A stretch of 59,533 nucleotides of DNA, the filler included, from Squatina squatina (taxonomy: Eukaryota): NCBI GenBank assembly GCA_031763465.1. It is 3 parts of 3 records of this genome, joined end to end, with 100 filler letters (N's around TTAATTAATTAA, not from the genome) between each part and the next. Parts side by side here need not be neighbours in the genome. Positions count along the whole stretch, not along the records: positions 21,753 to 39,104 come from JARFOE010000058.1; 2 more parts are not named here. One strand, 5' to 3'. Under the pieces are notes generated by a model. The model was not told the origin of the DNA. It worked only from the letters and a program-made list of their open reading frames with translations, and searched no databases. Position numbers and translations under genes: made by a program. Below, piece after piece: positions 23,430 to 35,385 of the stretch. The first letter of the stretch is position 1, and the number at the start of each line of letters is the position of its first letter.

Positions 23430-23725
23430 AAAGGGATCTTTACCAACAAGAAGAAGTTGTTGCTTTTATGGAGGGTGGAGGATGGGAGGCTGGCCAGGAG
23501 AACATTGGAATAGGCAAGCCTGAGGCTGACATGAGAGCTTCAGCAGCAAATGCACTGAGGCAGGGGTGGAGTTGGGCAATGCTACTGAGGTGGAAGTAGG
23601 CCATCTTTGTTATGTAGTGTACATGGTGCTGGAAGCTCAGCTTGGGCGAAATAGGACATCAAGGTTGTGAATGGTCTGATTCAACCTGAGATAGTGGCTG
23701 GGAGGGGGAGGGAATCCGTGATGAG
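23430..23725 (-). mobile_element. L2 LINE fragment
   Basis: GAGGCAGGGGTGGAGTTGGGCAATGCTACTGAGGTGGAAGTAGGC...GGAAGCTCAGC...CAAGGTTGTGAATGGTCTGATTCAACCTGAG, typical antisense L2 ORF2 3' region. Confidence 0.65.
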
Positions 23726-24951
23726 GGTACATAAGAACAGGAATAGGCCATTCATCCCTTCAAGCCTGTTCCAAAAGGTTGAGGAGGAGATTCCTTTTGA
23801 TTTTCCTTTGGATAAACCCCATTAGTCACTGATGCATCTGGTGATCCAGCCAGGATCAGCAATGGTGAGAAAGTATGCATTGGAATGTCAGCCAATGCTG
23901 CAGCTCAAGCCATGGGGATGAGATTATTGTCAGCGATTTTATATGAATGCTTAACATGCTTATACCAAATTTTTCTCTCTGTTATTTTATCACTGGTTTT
24001 ACATTTTTGCACAATAACACCATCAACAGTAATTTCTGCCTTATGGTCTCATAGTCCACAGCACACTTCTTTGCACTGCAAGTATACCTATTTCCCCCAT
24101 CCACATACAGAGTAAGATAAATATAATCATGCCACAATACAAAGTATATAAATTTGTAGATGACACCAAGCCAGTGAGGATTGAAGAGAAGGCTAAGATC
24201 TTACAAAGAAAGCTTCGGAGGGTATATACCTGGGCTGCTGAAGTTCAACACATACAATTGCAAGATACCACATATTGGATATTAAAATAGGTGCCATGAG
24301 TGAGATACACTAACATAATACAACTCAGGACATTGTTGTTCCATCTACCAGCTGTCAATCTGGTTAGGGGTCACTTTTCCTTGAAAAATGTTTGGTAAAC
24401 TTTATTACTGTTTGGATAGAGGATGGAATCCCATACCAGTGACATGACAATGACTTCAGTGTAATTTATGTTACTGGATCATGTGTTTTGGAATAATAGG
24501 TTTTCCATGAAAACAATTATCTTTTAAGAACTCACCATGATATCGGAACTAAACCAACCCAATTAAAGAGGTTAAATGAACAATTTAAGATAAAATGATA
24601 AATTGAAACTCTATTGCCTGATGGAGCAGCTGAGCAGCACAGCATGTAAAGCACTCAGCAAAACAGCTGCATTACATGAGCCCATGCCTGCAATATATAT
24701 AAATGAGATTTTCCAATCTTGGTCCAGGTCACCTAAGTGAAACTGTGTAGGTAAAAAGGAGCGTGCCTTTATACTACATTACAAAGTTCGTGAGTTTGGG
24801 AATTACAGACACATACGCACAATGTAGGATTAACTGTAAGCACCTTTATTTNNNNNNNNNNNNNNNNNNNNNNNNNNNNNNNNNNNNNNNNNNNNNNNNN
24901 NNNNNNNNNNNNNNNNNNNNNNNNNNNNNNNNNNNNNNNNNNNNNNNNNNN

Positions 24952-25075
24952 GACGAAGGGTCATCGACCTGAAACGTTGACTCTGTTTTTCTCTCCACAT
25001 ATGCTGCCTGATCTGAGTTTTTCCAGCATTTTTTGTTTGTATTCTAGATTCCAGCATCCGCAGTATTTCGCTTCT
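24952..25075 (+). mobile_element. Penelope-type terminal repeat with best-preserved minimal hammerhead motif (5' end in gap)
   Basis: [gap]GACGA-A-GGGTC-ATC-GACCT-GAAACGTT-GACTCTG...TCCAGCATCCGCAGTATTTCGCTT. Confidence 0.65.
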
Positions 25076-25109
25076 GTAGCCATAAATATATGGTAGTCAC
25101 CTATAAATC

Positions 25110-25369
25110 CAGTAAAGCATTCAGGAGGTGGTACTTTACTCAGTGAATGGATACTTAGAATGTGGAACCTGCTACCATATGGAGTGGTTGAGGCGAACAG
25201 CATAGATGCATTTAAATGGAAGCTAGATGAGTAAATGAGGTAGAACAGAATAGAAGGATATGTTGATAGGGTGAGATGAAGTAAGGTGGGAGGAGGCTCG
25301 TGTGGAGCATAAATGCCAACATTGAAAGATGGGCTGAAAGGCCTGTTTCTGTGCTGTAAATTCTATATG
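25110..25369 (+). mobile_element. CR1 LINE 3' end (second subfamily)
   Basis: TTTACTCAGTGAATGG...AGAATGTGGAACCTGCTACCA...GATGCATTTAAATGGAAGCTAGAT...GGCCTGTTTCTGTGCTGTAAATTCTAT. Confidence 0.75.
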
Positions 25370-25957
25370 TTGGGCCTGTGTGGGCACTGCATAGTCACGT
25401 GTCGGCATCATCCGATGCCAATGCCACATTGGAACATGGCGTAATAACCTTGTGCCGTTGCCTTGCTGAGATTCCAACTGTTTCCTTGTTGAATTTAAAT
25501 GTTACTCCATTAGTTTTATTTGTCTTGTATGACTCATGCATCCGTGACCGGTCTTGACCTCTAACCCGCCCCGCCCCACCTGGGCTAAACATCTTGAGCG
25601 ATGAGTTTCCAGCAAACAAAGTTTAAATTTGCCTGCAAGAGTTGCTCATTTTCTGATCTTGCCTCTAAACTTTGCAGTGATCCAGTTAACACAACATTCT
25701 GCATTCATATCCCCGCTATTGTAATTGAGTTCATCCTCTAGCTTACTGTGAGCAGTGTGTCGCAACACGTCTACTTGTCTGCAAATGTATCTACAATATT
25801 TTACTGGTCTTGTGCTTAGCATGTGTCCTCACCCTCTTCCTGTCACCCTCTTCCTGTCCCATTTTCCCCTGTCAGTCTGAATCACAGTTGCGTTTCTTGT
25901 AATTATCGCCCAGTTCAATGAGGGCTGGATTTATTCTGTCTTCCTCTTGTTTTCCAG

Positions 25958-26135
25958 CACGCTCTCTAAATGTGGGCATGCAGCTGTGGCCATGCTGTAC
26001 CCATTCACCTGGCAGCACACCTACATACCCGTGCTTCCGGCTGCCATGATCGATATTGCTTGTTCTCCCACTCCCTTCCTTATCGGAATTCTTTCAAACT
26101 CGGTGCCTCTGCTGAATGACCTGCCCATCGAGGAG
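25958..26135 (+). CDS. DENND2C: DENN-domain exon of a DENND2-family Rab GEF (best match DENND2C)
   Basis: Acceptor ttgttttccag| and donor GAG|gtgaga. Peptide STLSKCGHAAVAMLYPFTWQHTYIPVLPAAMIDIACSPTPFLIGILSNSVPLLNDLPIEE contains the DENN core YPF.WQH.YIPVLP and PTPFLIG motifs. Paralogue call from memory. Confidence 0.85.
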
Positions 26136-26608
26136 GTGAGACCTTTGCAAACCATCGTGAGGTGCCTGTCAAGACGTGGAAATCTAAAGTGCCCATCTCC
26201 AAAGGTCGAATTTGAGTCCAATTGTAGATTTGAGTTCAATAAATAATTGGGTCATGTTGTGTGCAGTCAGTCTGAGTGTGTGTCTCCAAGGGCAGTAGGG
26301 GGGGTATTCTCCTTTTGCTGATCATCAGTCAGTCAAATGAAAAGTTTCTCTGTACATCTGAAGAGTGAGGAGCACAGAATCTGAGGTACCGAGGCTGCAC
26401 TGACCACAGTCGCCGTGTGCAGCAGGGACCGGAACATCCAGCTGAGTATTTGGTTTGGATTTAATTTGATTCCAGAACTGGCTTTCCTCAGTCCCTCCCA
26501 GTAATTTTCGAAGGTTTTGCCTCAGTGCCGAGATCTCAATGTGCATTGAGCTCAGTAAATCGCTCGTTGCCACTATTGTTTGTTGGAGAACGCTCCTGTC
26601 AATAACTC

Positions 26609-27022
26609 GGGTGTTAGCGGTGGCACAGCGGGTAGCACCCTCCCCTCTGAGTCAGAAGGTTGTGGGTTCAAGCCCCACTCCAGAGACTTGAGCAAAGTCT
26701 CGGCTGACACTCCAGTGCAGTACGGCGGGAGTGATGCACTGTCAGAGATGCTGTCTTTTGGATGAGATGTTAAATTAAGAACCTCTCTGCCTTCTGAAGT
26801 GGACATAAAAGATCTCATGACACTATTTCAGAGCAGGAAGATTACCGTGGTATCCTGGCCAATATTTATCCCTCAACCACCACCTAGTCATTATCACATT
26901 GCTGTTTGTGGAACCTTGCTGGCATATTTCCTACAACACTTCAAGAGTATTTAATTGGCCGCAAAATGCTTTGGGGTGTCCTGGGGTCATGAAAGGGGCT
27001 ATATAAATGCAAGTCTTTCTTT
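26609..27022 (+). mobile_element. DeuSINE (SacSINE1-like), near full length
   Basis: tRNA-like head (GGTGGCACAGCGGGTAG...GGTTCAAGCCC), Deu domain (GGCTGACACTCCAGTGCAGTAC..GGGAGTG..GCACTGTC...GGATGAGATGTTAAA...AAAGATCTCATGACACTATTT) and tail TATATAAATGCAAGTCTTTCTTT. Confidence 0.85.
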
Positions 27023-27416
27023 ATTCTTTAAAAGGGCATAATCCAAAGTTATCCAGCTATGTCTTTTAAACCAGAAAGAACCTTTCTTTATTCCCAATCC
27101 AACTAAACTGCTTAATTATCTTTCAGTTTGTAGTTCTGACCACGGTGGCACTTGAACCATCAACCTATCTGTTTTCTTTATAGATGCTGAACGATCTGCT
27201 GTGTACTTCTAGCATTTTCTTGCTTCATTTTGCTTCACAGTTCCAGCATTTGTAATTTTTTTCTTTTTCTTTGCACCCTCTGAAAGAGGACTCAGGATAA
27301 GTCAATGCCTTCGGGAGAGAAGAGGGGAGAAACATTGGGGGTGAACATATTTTTAAACAAGCAAATAGTAAAACATTTATGAAATTATATTAATTGCTTA
27401 TGTTGATCTTTTCCAG

Positions 27417-27584
27417 AAATTATCCAGAATATAAAAAAGCCTCCTCCTTTNNNNNNNNNNTCCTCCTTTGCTCAGGCCCACTATTTCCCCAGATCACGCA
27501 CCGATGGAGTGTATTCAGTTAATGAGGCAGTGCTGGAATGAAATACCTGAAAGAAGACCATCCTTTGATGAAGTCTTTGATAAC
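27417..27584 (+). CDS. GUCY2F: Guanylyl cyclase kinase-homology-domain exon (149 bp after removing a false 10-N gap and 9-bp overlap)
   Basis: ttttccag| [50 protein letters not shown] |gtgaga; phase 0 joins the next exon. Not in the ORF track. Confidence 0.9.
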
Positions 27585-27588
27585 GTGA

Positions 27589-27915
<327 letters not shown>

Positions 27916-28642
27916 TGAGTATATCCTTTGATTGTATTTCTTTGTATTTGCCCCAAACTTTGATCAAGTTGTCTATATTTATTTCATCCATGTCATTTTT
28001 CCTTTCAAAGTTCTATAAATGGTTCATCAGGTAAATTCAAAATATGACGTGGTTCAGGCGATCCTAGTTTTGATCCCTGGTCTGTGCTGTGTTAACCAGG
28101 TAGAGTAGAGCCAGATAATTNNNNNNNNNNNNNNNNNNNNNNNNNNNNNNNNNNNNNNNNNNNNNNNNNNNNNNNNNNNNNNNNNNNNNNNNNNNNNNNN
28201 NNNNNNNNNNNNNNNNNNNNCTCCACCACAACCAGAGCCGACCGTTATCCAGCCCGGGAGGCCGGCTAGTTTGTCCTGGGGTGCAGGTTTTCCACCCGCA
28301 GCCCACCAGCCCTCAAAAATGGACTGGGCCACCCACCATCTGGCCGTTCATGTACCAGACAGGGGCAAAATCCACCTCAGTGAGTTCCTGATCTCAGTCA
28401 GGTCATCAGCCAAAGCATTCCAAAGGTAAGGAGAATCAGCCCAGGCATATATTGGTAGCTATTTTCAGAGCAGATTCAACAAAGTTTGGGAGCAGAAAAC
28501 ACACCCCCTATCAACTCAGGAAAATTAAGAGAATTTGGATTGGAGTATTAGGAGGTGGATCAAATATCTGTTCACTGTTGTCACTACATGCGGGCACAGT
28601 ACTGCGAAGGCCACGATCGAAAGATTTCACAGATAAATCTGA

Positions 28643-28888
<246 letters not shown>

Positions 28889-30459
28889 TAAAAACCTGAA
28901 ATAAACACTGTAAGATCTTTGTATGTATTTCACACGTCCATTGTTGCAAGCAGCAGTAGTCAGTTTCTGTAGCTATGAAGATGACTTTAGCAAAAGATAT
29001 TGAAAATATAGTAAACAGGAAACCCTAACATTTTGGAATTACATGGTTACATGGAATAGTAACTACAGAATACATTGAGGATTTTACACAGCTCTTTACA
29101 TTTTGATAATACTATAAACTGGCAGAGCCATCGCCATTCTTTAGCAGGAGGCCTCAGTCAAAAAGGGAAGGTGGTTCAGAATGCTCATTAAGCAGGGTTG
29201 AGTTAGGTATGGGGTGCTGGGTCTGTCCTGTTTGTTAGTAGATCCCAGGTGACCTGTACTTGTGGATTGGGTGGAATGGGCCAGACCTGCTGGTGCTTTC
29301 TAAGCTCCAGTAGCATTGCTTACAATGTTATATCAGTCTTTCAGATGAGACATNNNNNNNNNNNNNNNNNNNNNNNNNNNNNNNNNNNNNNNNNNNNNNN
29401 NNNNNNNNNNNNNNNNNNNNNNNNNNNNNNNNNNNNNNNNNNNNNNNNNNNNNNNNNNNNNNNNNNNNNNNNNNNNNNNNNNNNNNNNNNNNNNNNNNNN
29501 NNNNNNNNNNNNNNNNNNNNNNNNNNNNNNNNNNNNNNNNNNNNNNNNNNNNNNNNNNNNNNNNNNNNNNNNNNNNNNNNNNNNNNNNNNNNNNNNNNNN
29601 NNNNNNNNNNNNNNNNNNNNNNNNNNNNNNNNNNNNNNNNNNNNNNNNNNNNNNNNNNNNNNNNNNNNNNNNNNNNNNNNNNNNNNNNNNNNNNNNNNNN
29701 NNNNNNNNNNNNNNNNNNNNNNNNNNNNNNNNNNNNNNNNNNNNNNNNNNNNNNNNNNNNNNNNNNNNNNNNNNNNNNNNNNNNNNNNNNNNNNNNNNNN
29801 NNNNNNNNNNNNNNNNNNNNNNNNNNNNNNNNNNNNNNNNNNNNNNNNNNNNNNNNNNNNNNNNNNNNNNNNNNNNNNNNNNNNNNNNNNNNNNNNNNNN
29901 NNNNNNNNNNNNNNNNNNNNNNNNNNNNNNNNNNNNNNNNNNNNNNNNNNNNNNNNNNNNNNNNNNNNNNNNNNNNNNNNNNNNNNNNNNNNNNNNNNNN
30001 NNNNNNNNNNNNNNNNNNNNNNNNNNNNNNNNNNNNNNNNNNNNNNNNNNNNNNNNNNNNNNNNNNNNNNNNNNNNNNNNNNNNNNNNNNNNNNNNNNNN
30101 NNNNNNNNNNNNNNNNNNNNNNNNNNNNNNNNNNNNNNNNNNNNNNNNNNNNNNNNNNNNNNNNNNNNNNNNNNNNNNNNNNNNNNNNNNAGCACTTTGG
30201 GACATCCTGAGGTTGTGAAAGGAGCTATATAAATTCAGGTCTTTCTTTCTTTTAACGAAGACAGTGCACCCTTAATGGACAGTTGTCCCTTTAAAAGTGC
30301 ATTGAGTGTGGGAAAGAAAATGCTATCTGCAAACAAATAAACCAAACATTTGCATCTATTAACAGTAGCTCCCAGCCCGCCATTCAATAAAAGGACATTT
30401 GTAGAGCTCAAAAAGAACGCCTTCAATGTCTTTTCGCATAGTTTGTAAATGCACTGCCT

Positions 30460-30890
30460 GGTGTAATATTGAGTCATTTAGACCAAGCAGTTCCGGCAGG
30501 GATCAGTGGCAAACTTGGTCAATTTTTGATCCTTGGTCTATGCTGAGATAACTCATCTCAACTAAGGTAGTAATTGGAGTGCACCAATTGGCGACAGTGT
30601 TCCTAGGCTGGAGGGGAGGGGTGGGGAGAGGGGGGCAGAGGGGAAGCAGCCACAACTCTCATTCCTTATTGCTATCCAGTGCCCCCTGCTGGAAAATGCA
30701 TGCGTGTGGATATTATGTTCGGATGAGATTCCAATTCCCTGTGATACTCTCCATAATTGAATAGCTTGCCAATACTCATTGCTAACTGCATGCAGATGGC
30801 CAACTGGGGTGGGGTAGCAGAGGGCTGCTGGCATCTCGGGACCATACCAGAACATCAATCGGAGCCTACAATAAAGAAGGGGGACAAGTG
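30460..30890 (+). mobile_element. AmnSINE2-like SINE, degenerate
   Basis: GATCCTTGGTCTATGCTGAGATAACTCATCTCA...CAATTGGC...GCTATCCAGTGCCCCCTGCTGGAAAATGCATGCGTGTGGA...GAATAGCTTGCCAATACTCATTG...GAGGGCTGCTGGCA. Confidence 0.6.
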
Positions 30891-30891
30891 A

Positions 30892-31116
<225 letters not shown>

Positions 31117-31245
31117 TGACCAGCTTCAGTTCACTGATTAGCATGACAAAAAGTGACTTGTTTTCTATGTAATTCATGGCACATTGTTTCAACAAGAAGA
31201 AACTGTTCTAGAATTATATTATAGTGCATAATTTGACCTCCATTG

Positions 31246-31577
31246 TTGAAGTCCATGGAATAAAAGGGACAGTGGCAGCATGGTTACGAAATAGGCTAAA
31301 TGACAGGAAACAGAGAGTAGTGGTGAACGGTTGTTTTTCGGACTGGAGGAAGGTACACAGTGGTGTTCCCCAGGGGGATCTTGGGCTTCATAAATAGAGG
31401 CATAGAGTACAAAGCAAGGAAGTTATGACAAACTGGTATGGCTTCAACTGGAGTATTGTATCCAATTCCGCACTTTAGAAAGAATGTGAAGGCCTTAGAA
31501 AGGGTGCAGAAAAGATTTATGAGAATGGTTCCAGGGATGAGGGACTTCAGTTACGTGGATAGACTGGAGAAGCTGGG
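31246..31577 (+). mobile_element. CR1 LINE ORF2 fragment with internal deletion
   Basis: HGIKGTVAAWLRNRLNDRKQRVVVNGCFSDWRKVHSGVPQG jumps directly to ILGFINRGIEYK...ALERVQKRFMRMVPGMRDFSYVDRLEKLG. Confidence 0.85.
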
Positions 31578-31689
31578 NNNNNNNNNNNNNNNNNNNNNNN
31601 NNNNNNNNNNNNNNNNNNNNNNNNNNNNNNNNNNNNNNNNNNNNNNNNNNNNNNNNNNNNNNNNNNNNNNNNNNNNNTCTCTTACTTTC

Positions 31690-32428
31690 TTTGAACTGTA
31701 GCCAACCAGCTCCCATTCTTCACCTGGCAGAACTTGTTCTTATGCAAAACTTCCCTTTTAACTGCACTCACTTCCTCCAGGTAATGAGTGTCGCTGTGGG
31801 TCCTAGCCATGCTTGTCTTTTTTATAGGATATGTTGAACACTCTTTGTTCCACTCCTACTTGGCCCCCCTCCCTGATCTCTTTTTCCTTTCCATTGATAA
31901 CTCTGTCGGTGCTGCTTCCTGCTCTCACCCTGAATGTCAGTTTTATAACTATGCTTAAAATTTCCACCATCCCTTACCTTTGTATGGTCCATCTCTTCCT
32001 TTCCCTTCCGAGACTTCTCTCTCCAAGGAAGGCTTTCCACAGACATTTATTATAAGTTCATCCACAGCTATCTGGTTTATACCTCTTCTCACACTGCTTC
32101 CTCCAAGGATTCCATTCCTTTCACCCAGTATCTCCACTTCCATTGCAGTTGCTCGGCTGATGCCACTTCCTACACCAAAGCTTTCAAAATGTCCTCAGCT
32201 AAGACGCCCCTTGTCATAGTAGACAAGACCATTGACAGAGCCCAGCCGATTTCCCATTCTTCTGCTCTCACCGTTATTCACTTCACAAATGTGACAGGGT
32301 CCCTCTTGTCCACAACTTCCACTCCCACCAACTTCCACATTTGACAGATCATCTTAGACCAGTTCTGCCATCCTACCACCAAACATATCATCCCCTCCTT
32401 TCCCCTCTCCACTTTCTGAAAGGACTGG
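31690..32428 (+). mobile_element. Penelope-like element reverse transcriptase fragment, degenerate
   Basis: Interrupted peptides LAELVL..NFPFN.THFLQV...GPSHACLFIGYVEHSLFHSY...IDNSVGAASCS (degenerate YIDD)...DIYYK...SIPF, typical of PLE RT. Confidence 0.7.
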
Positions 32429-32434
32429 GGTTCT

Positions 32435-32548
32435 AAAAGGGTAGTCAAAGGAAAAGTGGTCCGAATTATGCATAAAAACAGAGATCTTCTTGTGGAGGCA
32501 GATGACATAGTTGAGGTACTAAATGAGTACTTTGAATCTGTCTTCACT
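32435..32548 (+). mobile_element. Short CR1 ORF2 fragment fused to the LRR exon
   Basis: Reads KRVVKGKVVRIMHKNRDLLVEADDIVEVLNEYFESVFT, resembling the CR1 motif EVLNEYFASVFT upstream of the RT domain. Confidence 0.75.
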
Positions 32549-33505
32549 GGAAAAGTTACATCTGTCCGGCAACCTGTTGATGAAGCTGACACCTGATATG
32601 TTCTGCGGGATGCTGTTTTTAAAATATATCTTTCTCGAAAAAAACTATATTACGGAAATAGCCACAGGGGCCTTTGAGTGTTTAACAAACTTGGTTGAAT
32701 TGAACTTAGCCATGAATTCACTTTCCTGTATTTCTGATTTTCATCTCTCTAAGCTCCAAGTGTTGAACCTGAGCAGAAATGGCATTGAATTCTTCATGAC
32801 AAGTGAGAGTGAGGAAGAATACCAACTTCAAGTGCTTGACCTGAGTCACAACAGGTTGTTCCATTTTCCATTTCTTCCAAAATTACATCAGATTAAACAT
32901 TTGAATTTGTCTCGCAATTTAATGATCAGTGTAACACCCGACTTATTGAACAACTCAACTGAATGGGACATAAGAAACAGATATGAAGAACTTACGGTGT
33001 TAAATCAGACATCCAACCACAATACCCATTCCAATTTATCTGAAGTAATATTTCTGGATTTAAGCAACAATATATTGGTGAAAGTAACACATGGCTTTTT
33101 GAATAAATTTAGTTCTCTTCAACACTTGAATCTCAGTGGAAACTGTATTCAGAATTTTAGTTTAGAAGATGGTGATGGACTGAATTTCCTGTCATCTCTA
33201 GATCTGAGCGACAATGAACTTAGCAATATATCTGTGGGGTCAGATAATCAAATGCTTTTGCACTCCTTAAGATACTTGTACCTTCAAAACAATTCCATTC
33301 AGTTATTACCCTCTAGGCTTTTTCAAGTCCTACCCATAATAGAAAAAGTCAATCTTGCCAACAATAATGTAAGGATTTGTAATGTGGAAAATAAGACCAT
33401 GGGATATGATGGCCAGATTCACAAGAGCCATAATAAAAGTAGCTGTGTGTCTTTTTCTGGAATCCCTACTCTTAAATACCTCAACCTAGATGGAAATAAC
33501 ATTAC
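32532..33505 (+). CDS. LRRC32 (GARP)/NRROS-family leucine-rich-repeat protein, internal part of the large coding exon (5' replaced by CR1, 3' in gap)
   Basis: About 325 open codons of LxxLxLxxNxL repeats with family signatures NSLSCISDF, LDLSHNRLFHFP, NLSGNCI and SCVSFSGIPTL; no stops or frameshifts. Confidence 0.85.
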
Positions 33506-34996
33506 NNNNNNNNNNNNNNNNNNNNNNNNNNNNNNNNNNNNNNNNNNNNNNNNNNNNNNNNNNNNNNNNNNNNNNNNNNNNNNNNNNNNNNNNNNNNNNN
33601 NNNNNTGAATATTTCAGCTGGCATATCTTCAGGCTTGGCCTCCTCTGCCAATGATAGCAAATGGTCCTCTTTGTCTACCCGTTCCATGGTAGTACCTCTT
33701 TGTGTGGTGAAGGAGTGCAGCACGCATGATCTTTGAGGCCTCAGCAGGGAGATGCTGCAAAGCAATTCCTGATCTGTCCAAACGTCTGTTATAACACGCT
33801 GATGGCATGATCCATATGATCATGATGGCTGTATGTGCCCCATTATATCACTGTTCACTTCTTGCTTATAGCTAGCTCATGAGGGAAGGCTAAAGAGGGT
33901 ATTTGATGAGCTGGGAGAAATCCAACCAAGTTTCCTCCTCTTTCAAAGAACATTGACACAGTACATTACTCACAACTCAACAGCACTTCCTTGCATTTAT
34001 ATTCTATTCTTCCCATGATGAAGCTCAGCATCTCTTTAGACTTTTTGTTTTATTTTTGCTCCTATCTTATTTTTAATGACTTATGTACCTCAACCCCTAA
34101 ATTCCTTTGCCCCCACCCCTACCAGTGCTTCTCAGCATTACATGTATATTTTCCATGGGGATTACTGGATTGTGATTAGAAGAGAGATTAGCGTGATCTT
34201 CTCTTCCTTGGTCTAGGGATAGTGAGGTTAATTGTAACACAGCACAGAACTTCCATTGAAACTGGAACCTTTCTAGTGTTTATGGCTCACAACTACTGTA
34301 CACAGTGACTGACATTGTTTTTGTTCAAAAGAAATTGAATGAGTGGGAAAGTTGTGAAGGTTGGAAAGGTCACTGAGGGAAAAACGGTTGAGGGAGGGGA
34401 AATTTACTGGGTTCCTGTTTCTAAAGAACGGTCTCGTCTGTGGTAAATAACTTTATTTCAACCTTTTACTGTGGTGTTGACCATGTCTTTACTCACTTGC
34501 TCATGCTCCAATTACATTGTGTGCTTTTCACAGCAATCAAGTGGTCGACTAGAGTGGGTTTTATCCAATATTTATGGTGGTCAAGCATCTTGATTCCCTG
34601 GCAGTTCAGAGATGTCTATCTTATTCTTGGCAGTCTGAAAGAGTAACATCTTAGCTCGCTAAGAGCCTAGGGGGAGAAAGAATACAAGTTTCCAGGTGGT
34701 GTAGTGGTATAGTGCTTTAACATGGTAAAGCAATCCAGACTATTTTATAAAATGGAACCAGTTACTGACCAGGTGTTTGGGAGCAGGATTAGAGAAAGTC
34801 ACCAAAGCTCCAGACAAAGAAGTAGAATTTGGGAGGCTTTTGAAAATGGGTGGAGATGCAGCAAGGTAGAGGGCTGTAGAAAGGAAGTTTCAGACTGCTG
34901 GGCATGACAAATGAAAGCTCTGCCATCAATGGTAGAGTGGAAGAATGGGAGATAGACAAAAGATCAAAGTGAGTAAAAAGAGGGCACAATCTGGAG

Positions 34997-35385
34997 AAAA
35001 AGAAAGACTGACTTGCATTTATATAGCACGTTTCACGACTACTGGACGTCCCAAAGCACTTTACAGGCAATGAAGCACTGTTTGAAGTGAAGTCACTGTT
35101 GTAATGTAAGAAACACGGACAGCAAGCTCCCACAAACAGGAAAGTAATAATGACCAGATAATCTGTTTTTTAGTGATGTTAGTTGAGGGATAAATACTGG
35201 CCAGGACACAGGATATAACTCCCCTGCTCCTCTTCAAAGCAGTGCAAAGATCTTTTATGTCCACCTGAGAGAGCAGACGGGACCTCGGTTTAACGTCTCA
35301 TCTGAAAGACGGCACCTCCGACAGTGCATTACTCCCTCAGCACTGCACTGGAGTGTCAGCCTAGATTTTTGTACTTAAGTCTTGT
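34997..35385 (-). mobile_element. DeuSINE (SacSINE1-like)
   Basis: GACTTGCATTTATATAGC...CCTCGGTTTAACGTCTCATCTGAAAGACGGCACCTCCGACAGTGCATTACTCCCTCAGCACTGCACTGGAGTGTCAGCC is the antisense Deu domain plus tail. Confidence 0.88.

Noticed and set aside
25829-25858. 14-bp direct duplication TCACCCTCTTCCTG x2; also the (CTT)n run at ~35822-35852
   Set aside because: Ordinary slippage repeats with no sign of function.
26609-26690. tRNA gene (A-box and B-box present); similar A-box at ~34688-34702
   Set aside because: It is the tRNA-derived head of a SINE, with no complete cloverleaf.
22790-27416. Cyclase as a pseudogene or truncated gene lacking transmembrane and kinase exons
   Set aside because: All visible exons are intact with correct splice sites; the missing exons are explained by unsized gaps.
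29249-30232. Long ORFs made mostly of X (also 3577-4269, 43609-44622 and many shorter ones)
   Set aside because: They are open only because they run through N gaps.
32523-32531. ATG at 32523 as the true start of the LRR protein
   Set aside because: It lies in CR1-derived sequence and no signal peptide follows; family members have several more N-terminal repeats.
33606-33830. RTE-type LINE fragment (antisense KPEDMPAEIF)
   Set aside because: The similarity is one short motif; too weak to call without a search.
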